A DNA stretch of 64,000 nucleotides from Blastocladiella emersonii ATCC 22665 (Eukaryota; Fungi; Blastocladiomycota): assembly GCA_025594325.1 (NCBI GenBank), contig JANHCV010000002.1, forward strand, positions 1,178,001 to 1,242,000, in the 5' to 3' direction. Position 1 is the first letter of the stretch. Each line of letters opens with the position of its first letter. Both the position numbers and the translations under genes were made by a program. Of the stretch, positions 35,007-47,707 are shown in pieces. The notes under the pieces were generated by a model. It searched no databases and was not told where the DNA came from. It saw nothing but the letters and a program-made list of their open reading frames with translations.

Positions 35007-36044
35007 GGTGAGAGCGGGGACGGGCGCTTGGTCCACGGCGCGCACGGGTCCGGATCGGGGACAGACGGACGGCAGGCGGGCGGGCTACGCGAGCGGATCG
35101 GATCGAGGAGCGCGAGAGGGGCGGGCGAGTTAGCGCCGATACATCAGAGAGAGAGGGGCAGGTTGGGTCAGCGAGAGAGAGGGAAGAGGGCGGCGACAGC
35201 GACAAGGGTGGCGGTGGGGGTTCCTTGGCGGCGGCGGCGGCCGCCGCAGGCAGTTGAACAAGGCGCGGCCGACCGAGACCAACTGGCGCCAATGGAGTTT
35301 GGCTCGGCGCCAGCACGCAGGCGTGGTTCCCACGGTGCATACGATCGGCGCACTGCGGCCGCCGCGGTCGGAGAAAAATCATGCCGGCGAAGCGCAGCGG
35401 GCGCGAACACGGACGTGGCGAGGGCGAGGGCCGGTTGAAAGTGCGCACGACGCGCCGATATCGCGCCGTATTTACTTGCGCAGGGCGAGGCGGACCGGGT
35501 CGCTGGAGCGGCGGAGCGGCACAGGTGCTCGAATTCGCGGCGCGAAGGGGATGGAGGAGCTGGCCGAGCACAGGGAGGCGATCGGACGCGACGACGCGAC
35601 GTGACGCGTCGGCAGTGCGGTTCCAAATGCATCGGGTTCGTACAGGTTCCGTGCTGCTGCGTGTCTCGCGGCGGCGGCGGGGCGGTGAACACGAAGGGAG
35701 AGAGGGAGAGGAAACAGGCGCGAGCGTGGGAACCGCGTGCGGCGAGACATCAGCGGAGAGACAGACACGCGCGCGTGCGCCCGCGCGTGCGCCACCGCGC
35801 TCGGCGCCCCACACGTGCCGCAAAACCTAACCTAATCACCGCGCTGAAAACGGGCGAAACCGGCGTCACGCGAGCGGCACCTGACGTTCCGCCACGCGCC
35901 CGCGTCATCGTTGCCGCGTCGCTCGGAGGGACGCGCCGTTCATGCCCCGCGCACCCCAATCCGCACCAGCAACGGATCCCTCGCCTCGTGCTACGCATCC
36001 ACCCCACCGCCACCACGCAACGTAACTCGACGCATCGACCCGCC

Positions 36045-36985
36045 ATGGCGCCCCCCGGCCTCGACCTTAGCTTCCTCGACGCGGCGCCCACGGGCGGCCT
36101 CGCCCTCGCCCACGCCGCCTCCACCGAGTCGTCGGCCCTCGGCGTGTCGGCCGCTGCCCCCGGCACCCTCGACCTGACGTTTGCCGTCGCCGCGGGCACC
36201 GGCGACCCCGCCGCCTTCTCGCTCGCCACCTCGTCGACCGACGACACCCCCAAGGAGGCGGGCGGCCCGCGCGTGCGCATGGTCCACGGCACCACCACCC
36301 TCGCCTTCAAGTACCAGGGCGGCGTCGTGGTCGCCGTCGACTCGCGCGCCTCGGCCGGCGCCTACATTGCCTCGCAGTCGGTCAAGAAGGTCATCGAGAT
36401 CAACCCCTACCTGCTCGGCACCATGGCCGGCGGTGCTGCTGACTGTCAGTTCTGGCAGCGCGAGCTCGGCCGTCGCTGCCGGTACTGTTCTCCTTTTCTT
36501 CCTGGCTCGATCGCACTCCCACTCACACCTCCCCCATGCGTAGCCTCTACGAGCTCCGCAACAAGGAGCGCATCTCGGTCGCCGCCGCCTCCAAGCTGCT
36601 CGCCAACATGGTCTACAGCTACAAGGGCATGGGCCTGTCCATGGGCACCATGGTCACGGGCTGGGACAAGACGGGCCCCGCCCTCTACTACGTCGACAGC
36701 GACGGCCAGCGCCTCACCTCGCACCTCTTCTCGGTCGGCTCCGGCTCTACCTTCGCCTACGGCATCCTCGACTCCGAGTACCGCTTCGACATGACCCGCG
36801 ACCAGGCCCTCACCCTCGGCCAGCGCGCCATCATGCACGCCACCCACCGCGACGCCTACTCGGGCGGCGTCGTCAACCTCTACCACGTCAACGAGTCGGG
36901 CTGGGAGAAGATCTCGTCCGAGGACGTGTCCGAGCTCTACTACACGGCAAAGGCCCAGCCCGTGCCCTCGCTCATTGCCGCGTGA
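36045..36985 (+). CDS. PRE2: 20S proteasome subunit beta5; intron 36482-36543
   Basis: Propeptide then HG|[56 protein letters not shown]. Confidence 0.96.
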
Positions 36986-38003
36986 GCGCCTTGGTCGGAT
37001 TGGTCGGTTGTGCACCAGTATATACAGTTCATTTTTTTTTCTGACCGTCTTGTCTCGCTCTGCCTCCGACTTGCGCAGCTGACACGGCGGGCGGGCGGAC
37101 AGTTGTCCGAGCGGCGATTCCCGCTCCGCTTCCTCCTCGTCCGGCCGACACGGCGGGCGGAGGTCGCTCAGCTGAATGAGCACCGCTCAACTGTGAGGCG
37201 AGCAGCGGACCTTTCTGACTTCGAAACGGGCGCAGCTGGTGGCTCAGCGGCGACGAACGATCGACGCGAAAGACCCAACCCCCACCTTCCCACACCGGAT
37301 CGACGCGTACCGCCCGATGGAGACGCGTTCCGATATCACGTGTTGAGATCAGCAAAGGCATCATCCCTCGCCCAGCGCGCACAGGGACTCGAGCCGGTTC
37401 TCGGCCTACTCCCGTACGCTCGGCGTTATCCGATACTCGGCCCACTCGGCGTATTGCCGCTTGCGACCAAAGTGCGACGCGGCGAGCTCGCGGGGCTAAT
37501 CTCGCAGCCGATCTCGCAGCGAAATGACCGCTCATTCCTCCGCTCGGCCGCCCGCTCGGAAAAAATGCCAAGCACCGCTCCACCGCTCGCGCGCTTCCCG
37601 CTCACCTCACGTTCACCTCCCTCGTCGCTCAGCTCCCGCAGAAAATTAATACATGTAAACGCAGCTCTATGCAAAGTAAATGTCTCGACCCGACCCTGTT
37701 GGCACTCCCTCAGCACCTCGATCGAAGGTCGCCCTCCGCTCGTGCGGGCGCCAGCCGCGCGGCGACGGTCCCAATCTACGACGGGGGCGCCTACGACGGG
37801 GGCGCCTACGCATGGATGGAGATAATGTCGGGTGAAGGGGAACGTGCGCGGGAGTAGTTGATCTTCGTCGGGGGCCCGCGCTCGCGGCCGAGAGAATGTC
37901 AGGCGATGCGGCGCGCTTAGGCGTGACGATGCGCTCGCGTACGAAGACCACACCGGGCGTCACCGCGCGCTCACAGACGAAGGTGATGCCCTCGTCGACG
38001 GCC

Positions 38004-38158
38004 GCGGCCTCGCGCGCAGGCGGGTCGTTCGGCTGCGACGCGACCGCTGCGCGTCGTCACGCTGGGCCAGACTCGTCCGCGTCGTTGACCGCAGCGGCCT
38101 CGCGCGCAGCAGTCGCCGCCCAACGACGCGACCGCTGCGCGTCGCCACGCTGGGCCAG
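38004..38158. repeat. Imperfect ~90-bp tandem duplication
   Basis: gcggcctcgcgcgcag at 38004 and 38094; gacgcgaccgctgcgcgtcg(t/c)cacgctgggccag at 38037 and 38125. Confidence 0.8.
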
Positions 38159-39508
38159 CGGCAGCGCGCCTCAAACGCCGTACAGGCCCGCGTGTTGCTT
38201 TATGCTTCTGAGGCCGTGTGCGATCTCGGTCTTGTTGTAGATGAGGAAGAAGAACTGGTCCAGCGCGGTGAAAATTGTGTTCTCGCCCGCGTGCTCAGAC
38301 ACGGCCCCCAAACAGCGACGAGCCGAGGCGGGCTCGCCAAACTCTTCGCCATCAAGCAGATCGACATCACGACCATCGCCGTCGTTGAGGCCTGGAAGCG
38401 GGCGGAACCTACGCCGCGTTAACGCGTAGTCGCTTGAGGGGGCGGTATCTGTGGTTCGTTCGCCGCTGGCGCGACTCAGCGACGCGAGAGTGCGTGCGTT
38501 GTTAAACGAGAGCGAACGGTACAACGAGCTCGTCGTCGTCAAGGTACACGACGCGAAACGCGAATGTAAGCCGCGCTGAGGCTGACGCGAGGAGGAAGCG
38601 TGAGATCGCGCCGTTCGGAGTAAGTGCGGGCGAAGTTGAGCCCGCAGGCGGCCTCGGCTCGAAGCACGTCAGTTGCGTAACAAACTTGGCCTCACTGTCA
38701 ACGGCGACCCATGAGCCGGCGTGGATGCGCGCGTCTTGGCTGTTCGGGTCAACCGCGAAGCGAGGCAGTGGCAAAGCCGCGGGAGGAACGTAGCGCCGAT
38801 CAGAGGCAGCGGAGGACACTGTGGAAGCGACAAGTTATGTTACGGCTGCCCCCAAGCCAGTGTTCTGCTCCGAGGGCGGAGGGTGGCCGCGACAAACAAG
38901 GAGAGCCGGCGAAGTCAGCGGCTCAGCGGTGTGGGGGGCGAGGGCCCGCTTAGGCGCCTGTCGTATATATGCGATGCATGGTTTCAAATCGATTTATTGA
39001 CACGTTGCTGGGGGAGAGAGAACACGCCAGCACTTGGGCTTTGGCGGAGGAGAGCGGCCGCGACGCGTCGCCGGCAGCGGGGTGAGGTGGAAATCAAGCC
39101 CACGTGAGTGCGAGATCAGCTGCGAGGTGGGCCCACCCGGCGCATTTTGGCTGCAAACGACAATAGTGCTGTAGTTTTGTCAGCGCTGCCGTGACTCAAA
39201 AATGGCCAGCTGACCCGCACTGCCAAGTCTGGAGATCCGTTGCACCGAGGGTTGGCCCGCATTCCCCCCGCGTACGCGTTGTCTCTCGCATCGCGCCACA
39301 GCGCCCAGTGGCGCAATCGCTGGACCACGAGGTCCGAGTTTGAAACTCAAGGGCCTTCAGCCAACCGACCCGTCTCGCTTGACGCGCATGACCTCGTCAA
39401 CCCCCCACACATCCCGGACCACGGTCCCGGGCCCACGATGTCCCCGCGCGAGTGCCCGCATGGGCGGGATTCGCGCCGTGCTGGTCCATGCGGTGGTGCA
39501 TGGGGGCG

Positions 39509-39516
39509 TATATAAG
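39509..39516 (+). promoter_or_regulatory. Putative TATA box of the subtilisin gene
   Basis: TATATAAG about 85 nt upstream of ATG 39599 in a GC-rich context. Confidence 0.5.
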
Positions 39517-39598
39517 GCCCGCGCGCCCCCGCCCCGCCCTCACTCGAGCCCAACAACAACCACCACCACCTCATAGACCATAGACGTAACCATCCACC

Positions 39599-42500
39599 AT
39601 GGCCCGCGCCCGCAAGCAGTTCTCGCGGACGGTCCTGGCGGCGCTGCTGCTCGCGCTCCTCACCACGGTCCAGACGGCCGAGGCGACGCCGATCCACCCC
39701 AAGGTCGTGCGCGCGCCCGCCCGCCTCCCCGCCGGCGCCGCCATCGCGCCCAACAAGTACATTGTCGAGTTCACGCAGCCCGCTGCTGCCGCCGCCAAGT
39801 CGCTCGAGGCCACGCCCGAGGCCGCTTCGGCCCGCGCGACCACCCAGCACAACAACTTTGCGTCCTTCGTGTAAGTCCCGATCGCGTCGTGTCGCGACTC
39901 GTCGCGAGTGATCTGGTCGCTGATCTCGCCTTCTCCTCGCGTATCTAGCGCCAAGAACAAGCTCCCCGTCAAGGTGCAGCGCACCTACAAGAAGCTGATC
40001 AACGGCGCGTCGGTCGACATCCGGTCGCACGACGACCTGGTCAAGGTGGCCTCGGCGCCCGGCGTGCGCAAGGTGTACCCGGTCATCACCTACTCGATCC
40101 CCGAGAAGCCCAACAAGAACCCGAACCCCGTGTTCCCCGAGTTCGCCAACAACCTGACCGAGGTGCTGTCGCTGCGCGAGAAGTTCCCGCACCTCGACGG
40201 CCGCGGCGTGCTCGTCGGCATCGTCGACTCGGGCCTCGACTGGCAGCACCCGGCGTTCGCCGAGCCCGGCAAGACCTGCGACACGCTCTTCGGCCCCGGC
40301 TGCCGTCTCGTCAAGGGCTACGACTTTGTCGGCGACAAGTACAACGCCAAGTTCCCCGAGACGTCGACGCCCGCGCCCGACAACGACCCCATGGACAACT
40401 GCAACGGCCACGGCACGCACGTCGCGGGCATTGCGCTCGGCAACGACGACAAGATCCTCGGTGTCGCGCCCGCGGCTTCGGTTGCCTCGTACAAGATCTT
40501 CGGGTGCGAGGGCTCGACCGGCACCGACATCATCCTGTCGGCGCTCGAGCGCGCGTACGAGGACGGCGTGCACATCATCAACCTGTCGATTGGCGGCGGG
40601 CGCGTCGGCGACGAGTACGTCGAGGCGCAGGCCATCAACCGTCTCGTCGAGAACGGCGTCTACGTCGCCGTCGCGGCCAGTAACGAGGGCGACCTCGGGT
40701 TCTCGCAGGTCACGTCGCCCGGCACCGCGCAGCTCGCGCTGACCGTGGCGAGTTTCCAGAACTCGCACGAGTGGCTCAACTCGGCCGTCTTGTCGGGCGT
40801 CGCCGGCCAGAAGGACGTCTCGTTCGCGTACTCGGGCACCGCTGGCTCCGAGAAGTACGTGTTCGCGCCCAACACGCCGTTCAACGTGGTCCGGTCGACC
40901 AAGCCGTCGTCGGCGCTCGACGACGGGTGCGAGCCGTTCCCCGCCAACCACTTCGCCGGCAGCATCGCCCTCGTGCGCCGCGGCACCTGCGCCTTCTCCG
41001 ACAAGGCCAAGCACGCCCAGGACGCGGGCGCCGTCGGCGTCCTCATCTACAACCGCGAGCCCGGATCGCTCGCCGGCGGCGTCATCGACCCCACGATCAA
41101 CACGATCCCCGTCGGGTTCCTCGCCGGCACCCTCGGCAACGCCATCTACGACGCGGCCGCGACCCAGTCGGCCGTCAACATCTCGTTCAACAAGGACAAG
41201 AAGTTCTTCGTCTCCACCACCGCCGGCCAGCCCAGCGACTTTTCGTCGTGGGGTCTCGACATCAACCTGCGCCTCAAGCCGTCGGTCGCCGCCGTGGGCG
41301 GGAATGTCGTCTCGGCGTACCCGCGCGCCATGGGCGCCTACGCGCAGCTCGACGGTACCTCCATGGCCTCGCCGCACGCCGCGGGCTCCGTGGCGCTCTA
41401 CGCGCAGCATCTCGGGATTTCCGAGGGCGTCGAGTCGTTCAAGGAGCTCGAGCGCCGGTTCATGAACACGGCGCGCCCGTACTTCCTTCCCTCGGGCGTC
41501 GACGTCGCCGAGTCGCCCGCCAAGCAGGGCGCGGGTCTCATTGACACGCTCGCTGCACTCACCACCACCGTCTCGGTGACGCCGCCCAAGCTCGAGTTCG
41601 GCGACGCGCCCAACTGGCCCAAGGCGGCCAAGAAGACGGCCAAGCTGCAGATCACCAACACGGGCAAGGAGACGGTCACGTACACGCTGTCGCACACGCC
41701 GTCGCGCGCGGTGCTCGGTGAGGGCGGCCGCAAGACGGCCGAGTTCACGTACGCCGACGTGCACGCGCGCGTCACCTTCGACAAGGCCACGGTCACCCTC
41801 AAGCCCAACACGGCCGCCACCGTCAAGGTCACGGTCGACCCGAACGTGCCCCTGCTCGGCAAGCTCCCCGAGGACGGACACTGGATGTACTCGGGCTACG
41901 TCAAGTTCCAGACCCCGACCCACGAGAAGAACATTTACGTGCCGTACGCGCTCGTGATCGGCGACTACAACGACTGGATGGTCGTCCCCGGCCCCAACGA
42001 CGCCGGCGCCCCCGCCCTCGGCAACGGCCTCCTCGGCGCCGACAAGGACGCGCCCGTGTTCGACGGCTCGGTCGTCCCGACCTTCAACCTGTCGTCGCCC
42101 GCGTCGCGCCCCGCGCTCTCGCTGACCACCGTGTACCCGACCCGCAAGCTCGCCGTGTCGGTGCGCGATGCCGCCACCAAGAAGGCCGTCGGCTACCTCG
42201 CCGCCGAGGAGTACTTTGAGGCCACCTCGCTCGTCTTCCCCGAGGGCGGCTGGACCGGCGCCATGCTCGACTCGGTCGCGCCCGACGCCAAGCAGATCAA
42301 CGTCACCGACGGCACCTACTACATCGCCATCGAGTACGTCCGCTCCTACACGTTCGACAAGGCGCCCCGCGATATCGACGCCGCCCTGTTCGTCGGCTAC
42401 AAGTCGCCCAAGTTCATCATTGACCGCTCGGGCAAGTCGACCACCACCTCGGCCGCGTCGACCTCGACCTCGACCTCGACCACCTCGGCTTCGGCTTCCT

Positions 42501-43222
42501 CGTCGGCTACCGAGACCGCCACGGGCTCGGCCACCGCCACTGGCTCCGCTTCGGCCACCGAGACCGCCACGGGCTCGGCGACCGGCTCCGCCACCGCGAC
42601 GGGCTCGACCTCGGCTCCGTACGGCCGCAAGACGACCGACGCGACGTACACGGTCCCCGCGACGACGTCCGTCGCGACCGTCCCCGCGACAACCTCGACC
42701 GCGACCGCGACCGCCTCGAGCACCTACCCTGCCGTGACCTCGGTCGTGACGCTCCCCGCCACCACCAAGGTCGTCACGGTCCCCGCCACCACCATCTACG
42801 TGCCCGCCGCCACCGGCACCGAGCCGTGCACCGCCACCGTCGTCGTGGGCACCAAGACGACCGTCGTCCCGCCCACGTACGCGACCGTCGTCGCCACGTC
42901 GACGGCCGCCAACGGCGCCGGCTACATCACGGTTACCAAGACGGTCGCTGTCGACGGCGCGCTCCCGACCGGCGCCAAGCTCGTTGAGAAGAAGCCCGCC
43001 TACGGCAAGGGTTACGCGCCCGCCGACGCTGACAAGCCTGCGGCGACCACGCCCGCTGGCGAGTACGGCTACGGCAACGCCGGCAAGGACGCCGAGGAGC
43101 CCACGGCTACCACGCCCGCTGGCGAGTACGGTAGCTACGGCAAGGACGCCGAGGTGCCCACGGCCACGGCGCCTGCCAAGAAGCACAAGAAGTGCCACCC
43201 CAAAACCAAGGCCGCCTACTAG
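39599..43222 (+). CDS. Secreted S8A subtilisin (prodomain, PA domain, Fn3-like domain, S/T-rich tail); intron 39871-39948
   Basis: Signal peptide; catalytic VGIVDSG, HGTHVAG, GTSMASPHAAG; PA domain (IALVRRGTCAFSDKAKHAQDAGA). Confidence 0.95.
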
Positions 43223-44107
43223 ACGATGATGGTTTTTGATGATGGCTAGGAAGAGTTTTTGATCGAATGGATTCCCAATTTTGCTCCACTACGTGTCTCG
43301 GTTGGCGTTCCGGGTGATCGCGAGAGGTGATCTCCGGTCTGATGTCAGTCACGTGAGTGGCGCAACGCGTCTCCGAACGCGTTTTCGATGGGCGGGCGGC
43401 CGCCGCCGGGGACCTTGCAGAGGACCAGCGGCGGTCGACGATGCTGATGGCGCGGAAGCAGTCGGAGGCTCGTGCAACGCGATCTGCGCCGCAATTGCCT
43501 GCTCCGCGACGCCGAGCTGCGCCACGTGGAGGGTATGACCCACCAGCGCGCGCGCCGTGCCGAGTTGCAGGGGGCTCTCGGCCTTCGACGCGCGAGTTTA
43601 GTCGAGCGACATGGACGCCAGGCCGGGCGGCTCGAGCGCCGACAGCGCGCCGGACGTCAACGTCGACGTCGCGCCGAGCAGCGGCTGGGGCTGTGGCGGC
43701 GGTGCGGCGGCCCCGTGTTCTTGGATCGGATGCACGGTGTTGAATGAGTGTCTCCGCGCGGCTTCAGGAGCGAGAACGCGGAGTCGCAGAGACGCAGATC
43801 GAATCGCGAATTATCAAGGCGCCCGCACGAAGTCAAAGTGGGAGACAATTTACGCGCGCGTGTCCCGCATTCGCGTGTGGCCGCGACCGCGCGGACCAGG
43901 CCACACGTGAGCCGTGGCGCAGCGCGTCTCCCGCGTCTCAAGCGCGCTTCACTCGGGTGCTCAGCTCGCGTGTGCGTGTCCCAATCGCGCTTCGCGGAAA
44001 AGAACGTGCGATGATTATTCGTGCACCGCGTCATCGACCACTTCTGAAAGCCGCCGGCGACGCCAACCAGCGCGGTCGCGCAGGAGAGCGCCAAGTTCGG
44101 CGGCGCC

Positions 44108-44869
44108 GTGTCGCACCTCAACATGCTCCGCCGCCGGTCTTCGCTGATGCTCGAGCGCGTCGTTCTCTTTGCACTGTTCGGCACGGGCGTGGGTCTGATC
44201 GCATACTCATCGAACCTCAAGTTCACCTTCGTCAACGCGGCGGGCCGGTGCGCGTCGACGCAGCTGTGGTCCAACAACGTCGGCAAACTGCTCCTCTGCG
44301 TCGTTCACGGCGGCGTCCTGTTCATCTTCGCGAAACCGCTCATCGGCCACCCCCGCCGCGCGCACATATCGGGCTTCGCGTCGTCCGCGACCACGCTGCG
44401 CCGCCTGCTGCGCGACCAGACGATGCGGCTCTCCGTTGCAATCCTCGTGTACCTCGTCACGTCGATCCTCGGCCTCGCCAACGCCGTCGACCCGAGCACG
44501 CTCTACGTCCTGTTCTCGGCACAGAACGCGGCGGGGATGTGGGCCGCGTGCGCCGCGGCCGCCGCCACGTCGCGCAGCGCGTCGCAGGGCGGGCTCACGG
44601 GCGGATCGACGTCGTCGAGTACGGGCCGCAACGTGACGATTGGCGGGCTCGGCGCGCCATCAACGGGCAATCTCACTGGGAACAGCAGCAGCGGCATCAT
44701 CCGCGGGTCGAGCGTGCAGCTCAGTGCACCGGCGTCGTCCGGGACGCGCGCGTCCAGCTCGATGCTCCTCGCGTCGCCGCTCAAGGGATCGGGCGCAGTG
44801 GGATCGAGCTCGGGCCGGCTCGCCGCGCCCGCAGGGCTTTCCGTGTCGACTATGGAGCTGCGCGATTAG
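44108..44869 (+). pseudogene. 7TM-family paralogue lacking the first three TM segments (5'-truncated, or upstream exons not found)
   Basis: GRCASTQLWSNNVGKLLLCVVHGGVL...RLSVAILVYLVT...YVLFSAQNAAGMWAA closely matches 14196-15602; in-frame TGA at 44045 upstream and no TM1-3 coding region seen in 43.4-44.1 kb. Confidence 0.55.
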
Positions 44870-45120
44870 CGTCATGCGCGGGGCCAGGTGTTCAATAGAC
44901 ACGAGTCGGGACAGACTTCATTGCAGTAGCGGTGAGGATCATGGTCGTGGTCAAGAAGGCCTTGTCCATGGCCATTGCGAGAGGAGTCGCCTCATGAGTG
45001 AGTACTATCACGCAGCTACTTCGGGAGGGGCACAAAAGAGTACATGTAGCACGGAAGAGATTTTTATTCACACCGATTGCAGCGAATGAGGGTATAGGCA
45101 TCACCGCTGCGCGCTCGCAC

Positions 45121-45780
45121 TTACGAGCGCTTGTTGCCGCGCGTCGGCGACTGAGGACGGCGCTGGTCCTGCTGCTGCTTCTCCTGCTGGGCCGGGGCCT
45201 GCTTCTGCTGAGCGGGAGCCTGCTTGATCTGGGCCGCGGCCGGCACCTGCTTGGCCTCAGGCGACTGCGCGCGCTGCTGCTGCTGGGCGGGCGCTTGCTT
45301 GGCGGCGGGGGCAGCCTGCTTCGACTGTGCCGAGAGCGGGCGCGCCGCGGCGGCCTGCTGCTGCTGCTTGAGCTGGGGCTGCGCCGACTGGGCGCGAGCC
45401 TGATGCTGCTGTGGCGCGGCCTGCTTGATCTGCGGCGACTGGGCGCGAGCCTGAGCGGGGGCGGCCTTCTGCTGCTTCGGGGCGGCGGCCTTGAGCTGCT
45501 GCTGCGGGACGGCGGCCTTGATCTGCTGCTGCTGAGGAGCCGCGGCGGCCTGCTTCGGCTGAGCTGACTGCGCGCGAGGCTGCTGCTGAGGAGCCTGCTG
45601 CTGCTTGGCCTGGGGTGACTGAGCGCGGGCCGGAGTGGCCTGATGCTGTTTGGCCTGCTGCTGCTGCTGCGACTTGGCGGCGGCGGCGGCGGGCGCCTGC
45701 ATGGTCTTGGCGTTCGCGGCCTGGGCCTGCTGCTGGTGAACAGCCTGGCGCTGGGCGGAGTTGATCTGAGTGCGACCCAT
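45121..45780 (-). CDS. 219-aa Gln/Ala/Lys/Pro-rich disordered protein with repeated RAQS(P/A) motifs
   Basis: Clean ATG-TAA intronless frame with host codon bias; TATAAA on the minus strand at 45868-45873. Confidence 0.75.
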   Translation of the reverse strand: MGRTQINSAQRQAVHQQQAQAANAKTMQAPAAAAAKSQQQQQAKQHQATPARAQSPQAKQQQAPQQQPRAQSAQPKQAAAAPQQQQIKAAVPQQQLKAAAPKQQKAAPAQARAQSPQIKQAAPQQHQARAQSAQPQLKQQQQAAAARPLSAQSKQAAPAAKQAPAQQQQRAQSPEAKQVPAAAQIKQAPAQQKQAPAQQEKQQQDQRRPQSPTRGNKRS

Positions 45781-46246
45781 GTTGGAAAGGATGAGGTAGG
45801 AGTGACTTGATGCTTCTTGAGATGCAAGAGTGAAGAACGGTACGAGAAGGGCGAGGCGAGGCCGATCTTTATAGGGTCGGCCCGCCGCCGTTCATGGCTG
45901 CATGCCCCTCACCGAGTCTGCGCATTCGCATTCGCATCCGCATTCGCATTTGCGGAGTGCGACTGACAGAGCGGTGCTGCGGAGTGGCGTGCGAGACACG
46001 GTGCGAGACATTTCGGCCGCGACCACTCAGCGCGCGCCGCGGTCACGCCGTGGCTGAGAACACGCGTTGCGCCATTCCAGCCCTGCTGTCGCTCGTTGAA
46101 CTTTGAGAAGAATTGATCAATTACTCAAGCGTCCGAAATGCCCGTGTCAAAGAAATGATAGCATATCCGGCACCCAGTTGCGGGATCCCGGCGACTCGCC
46201 TCGCTGTCCGTGGCCACAAACGTGTGTCGGAGAACTGATTATATAA

Positions 46247-47707
46247 TTACAACCTGAACAGCACCCCGTTCCCGCGCGTCGTGCCCGCCACAAGCGCGGA
46301 CCGGATCGGATGAAAGTCGACGGCACCCGCGTCCTCGCCGCCCATGGTCGGAACGACGGGCACGACGCCCGTTGATGCAGTCGAACTGCCGAACGCGGGA
46401 GACGCCCTTGCCGCGCTGCTACCGCTACCCATGGCCGACCCGGCTCGGCGCCCAGCACCCGCAGCTGGCCCTGCGACCCGCCGCCGCGCGGCGGACATGG
46501 CCGATACCGCGGCTGGGAGCTTGGCCGCGATCTGCGCGTTGCGCACGTCGAACACAGCGATTGCACAGCTCGCGTCGCCCGTCGGCGCGGCCACGAGCGT
46601 GCTGCAGGGCGAGATCGATGCGCCGGATCCCATGGTCCGGGCACCGCGTGGAGCAGGGAGCGCGGCGCCGAGCTGCACGACAGGCGACGCGGTGCGCACG
46701 TCCCATAGCTTGACGAGGTCGCCGGCAGCCGTCGTCATGAACAGGTGCGCGGCGCCGGGGGTCGTGCAGAAGGCGGGGTCGATGACGCGGATCGCGTGGA
46801 TCGCGCGGACGGGCGGGTGTCGCGCGAGCGAGGGCGGAATCGCTGTCCTCACCGTCGCATGTGGTGGGAGGAACCGCGCCCCGGGTTTTTCGAGCGTCAC
46901 GCCGGATCTACCACCGCTGGACGCGATCTTGGTCACAATAGTACCCGTGTTAGCGTCGGCGATGCACAAAGTCTTACCCGACGTGGCACAGACGATGAGC
47001 GGGCTCGGCGTCGTATTGCACGCGGCCATGGCCGTGATCTCGTGCGACCCGTCGGGCGCGGCCGCCGACCACACGCGCTTGGTCATGGAAGTTGCGAGCT
47101 GCCGCGGCGCAAGGTCGGCGAGGGCCGCCGAACCGGTCAGCAACTTGCGCTTGTTGGTCCTGCCACCGACCGTATCCGCCGCGGACGTGCGGTATTTGAG
47201 CAGCTCGACGCGGTCGCCCGCGGCGATGAGGAGGAACTTGGAATGGTAGAAGAACTGCGCCGCGGAGACGGTCTCGCCGGCCGAGTACCACTTGGACACG
47301 TTGAGGATGCGCGCGTCCTCGATCGCAGCGGCGGTCAGGGGAGCTGCAGAAGCGCTTGACGGCGTGCGCCACACGGAGACCGTCGACGCCGTGCTTGTCA
47401 CGACCATGGACTCGTTGTACGACCAGGCGACGCCTGTGGCAGCGCCGCCAGGTAGGCGGTGGGTGGCGAGGACGGGGAGCCGCGACACAGCCACACGTTG
47501 TTGCAGTTGAGCCGTGGCCCAGAACTCGGGGTACATGACGGCGTCGCTGTGCGCACCGAGCGGCGACGGGCCCGCGAGGGACAGATGCGCTGTCTGCTGG
47601 TCGCTCTGCATGACAAAGCGCCCGCCCGTGGCCGCGCGGGCGACGGGACACGCGGTCCACGGCGACGCCTCGGCGCACCATTCGAGCTCGAGCTTGGCGT
47701 GCAGCGC
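46247..47707 (-). CDS. WD40 protein, WDR27-like C-terminal half; upstream exons not resolved
   Basis: AAQFFYHSKFLLIAAG, VKLWDVRT, ASISPCSTLVA, VDFHPIRSALVAGT; branch/acceptor actaaacggcgcag before 47707. Confidence 0.6.
   Translation of the reverse strand, partial: ALHAKLELEWCAEASPWTACPVARAATGGRFVMQSDQQTAHLSLAGPSPLGAHSDAVMYPEFWATAQLQQRVAVSRLPVLATHRLPGGAATGVAWSYNESMVVTSTASTVSVWRTPSSASAAPLTAAAIEDARILNVSKWYSAGETVSAAQFFYHSKFLLIAAGDRVELLKYRTSAADTVGGRTNKRKLLTGSAALADLAPRQLATSMTKRVWSAAAPDGSHEITAMAACNTTPSPLIVCATSGKTLCIADANTGTIVTKIASSGGRSGVTLEKPGARFLPPHATVRTAIPPSLARHPPVRAIHAIRVIDPAFCTTPGAAHLFMTTAAGDLVKLWDVRTASPVVQLGAALPAPRGARTMGSGASISPCSTLVAAPTGDASCAIAVFDVRNAQIAAKLPAAVSAMSAARRRVAGPAAGAGRRAGSAMGSGSSAARASPAFGSSTASTGVVPVVPTMGGEDAGAVDFHPIRSALVAGTTRGNGVLFRL

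Noticed and set aside
39347-43198. 1283-aa antisense ORF, and similar long ORFs opposite aconitase, HMG1, CFAP43, SET1 and the ankyrin gene
   Set aside because: Shadow frames produced by high GC and strong third-position bias of the real gene on the other strand; no motifs.
45921-45952. (CGCATT)n short repeat as a functional element
   Set aside because: Five degenerate hexamers in an intergenic region; most simply a microsatellite.
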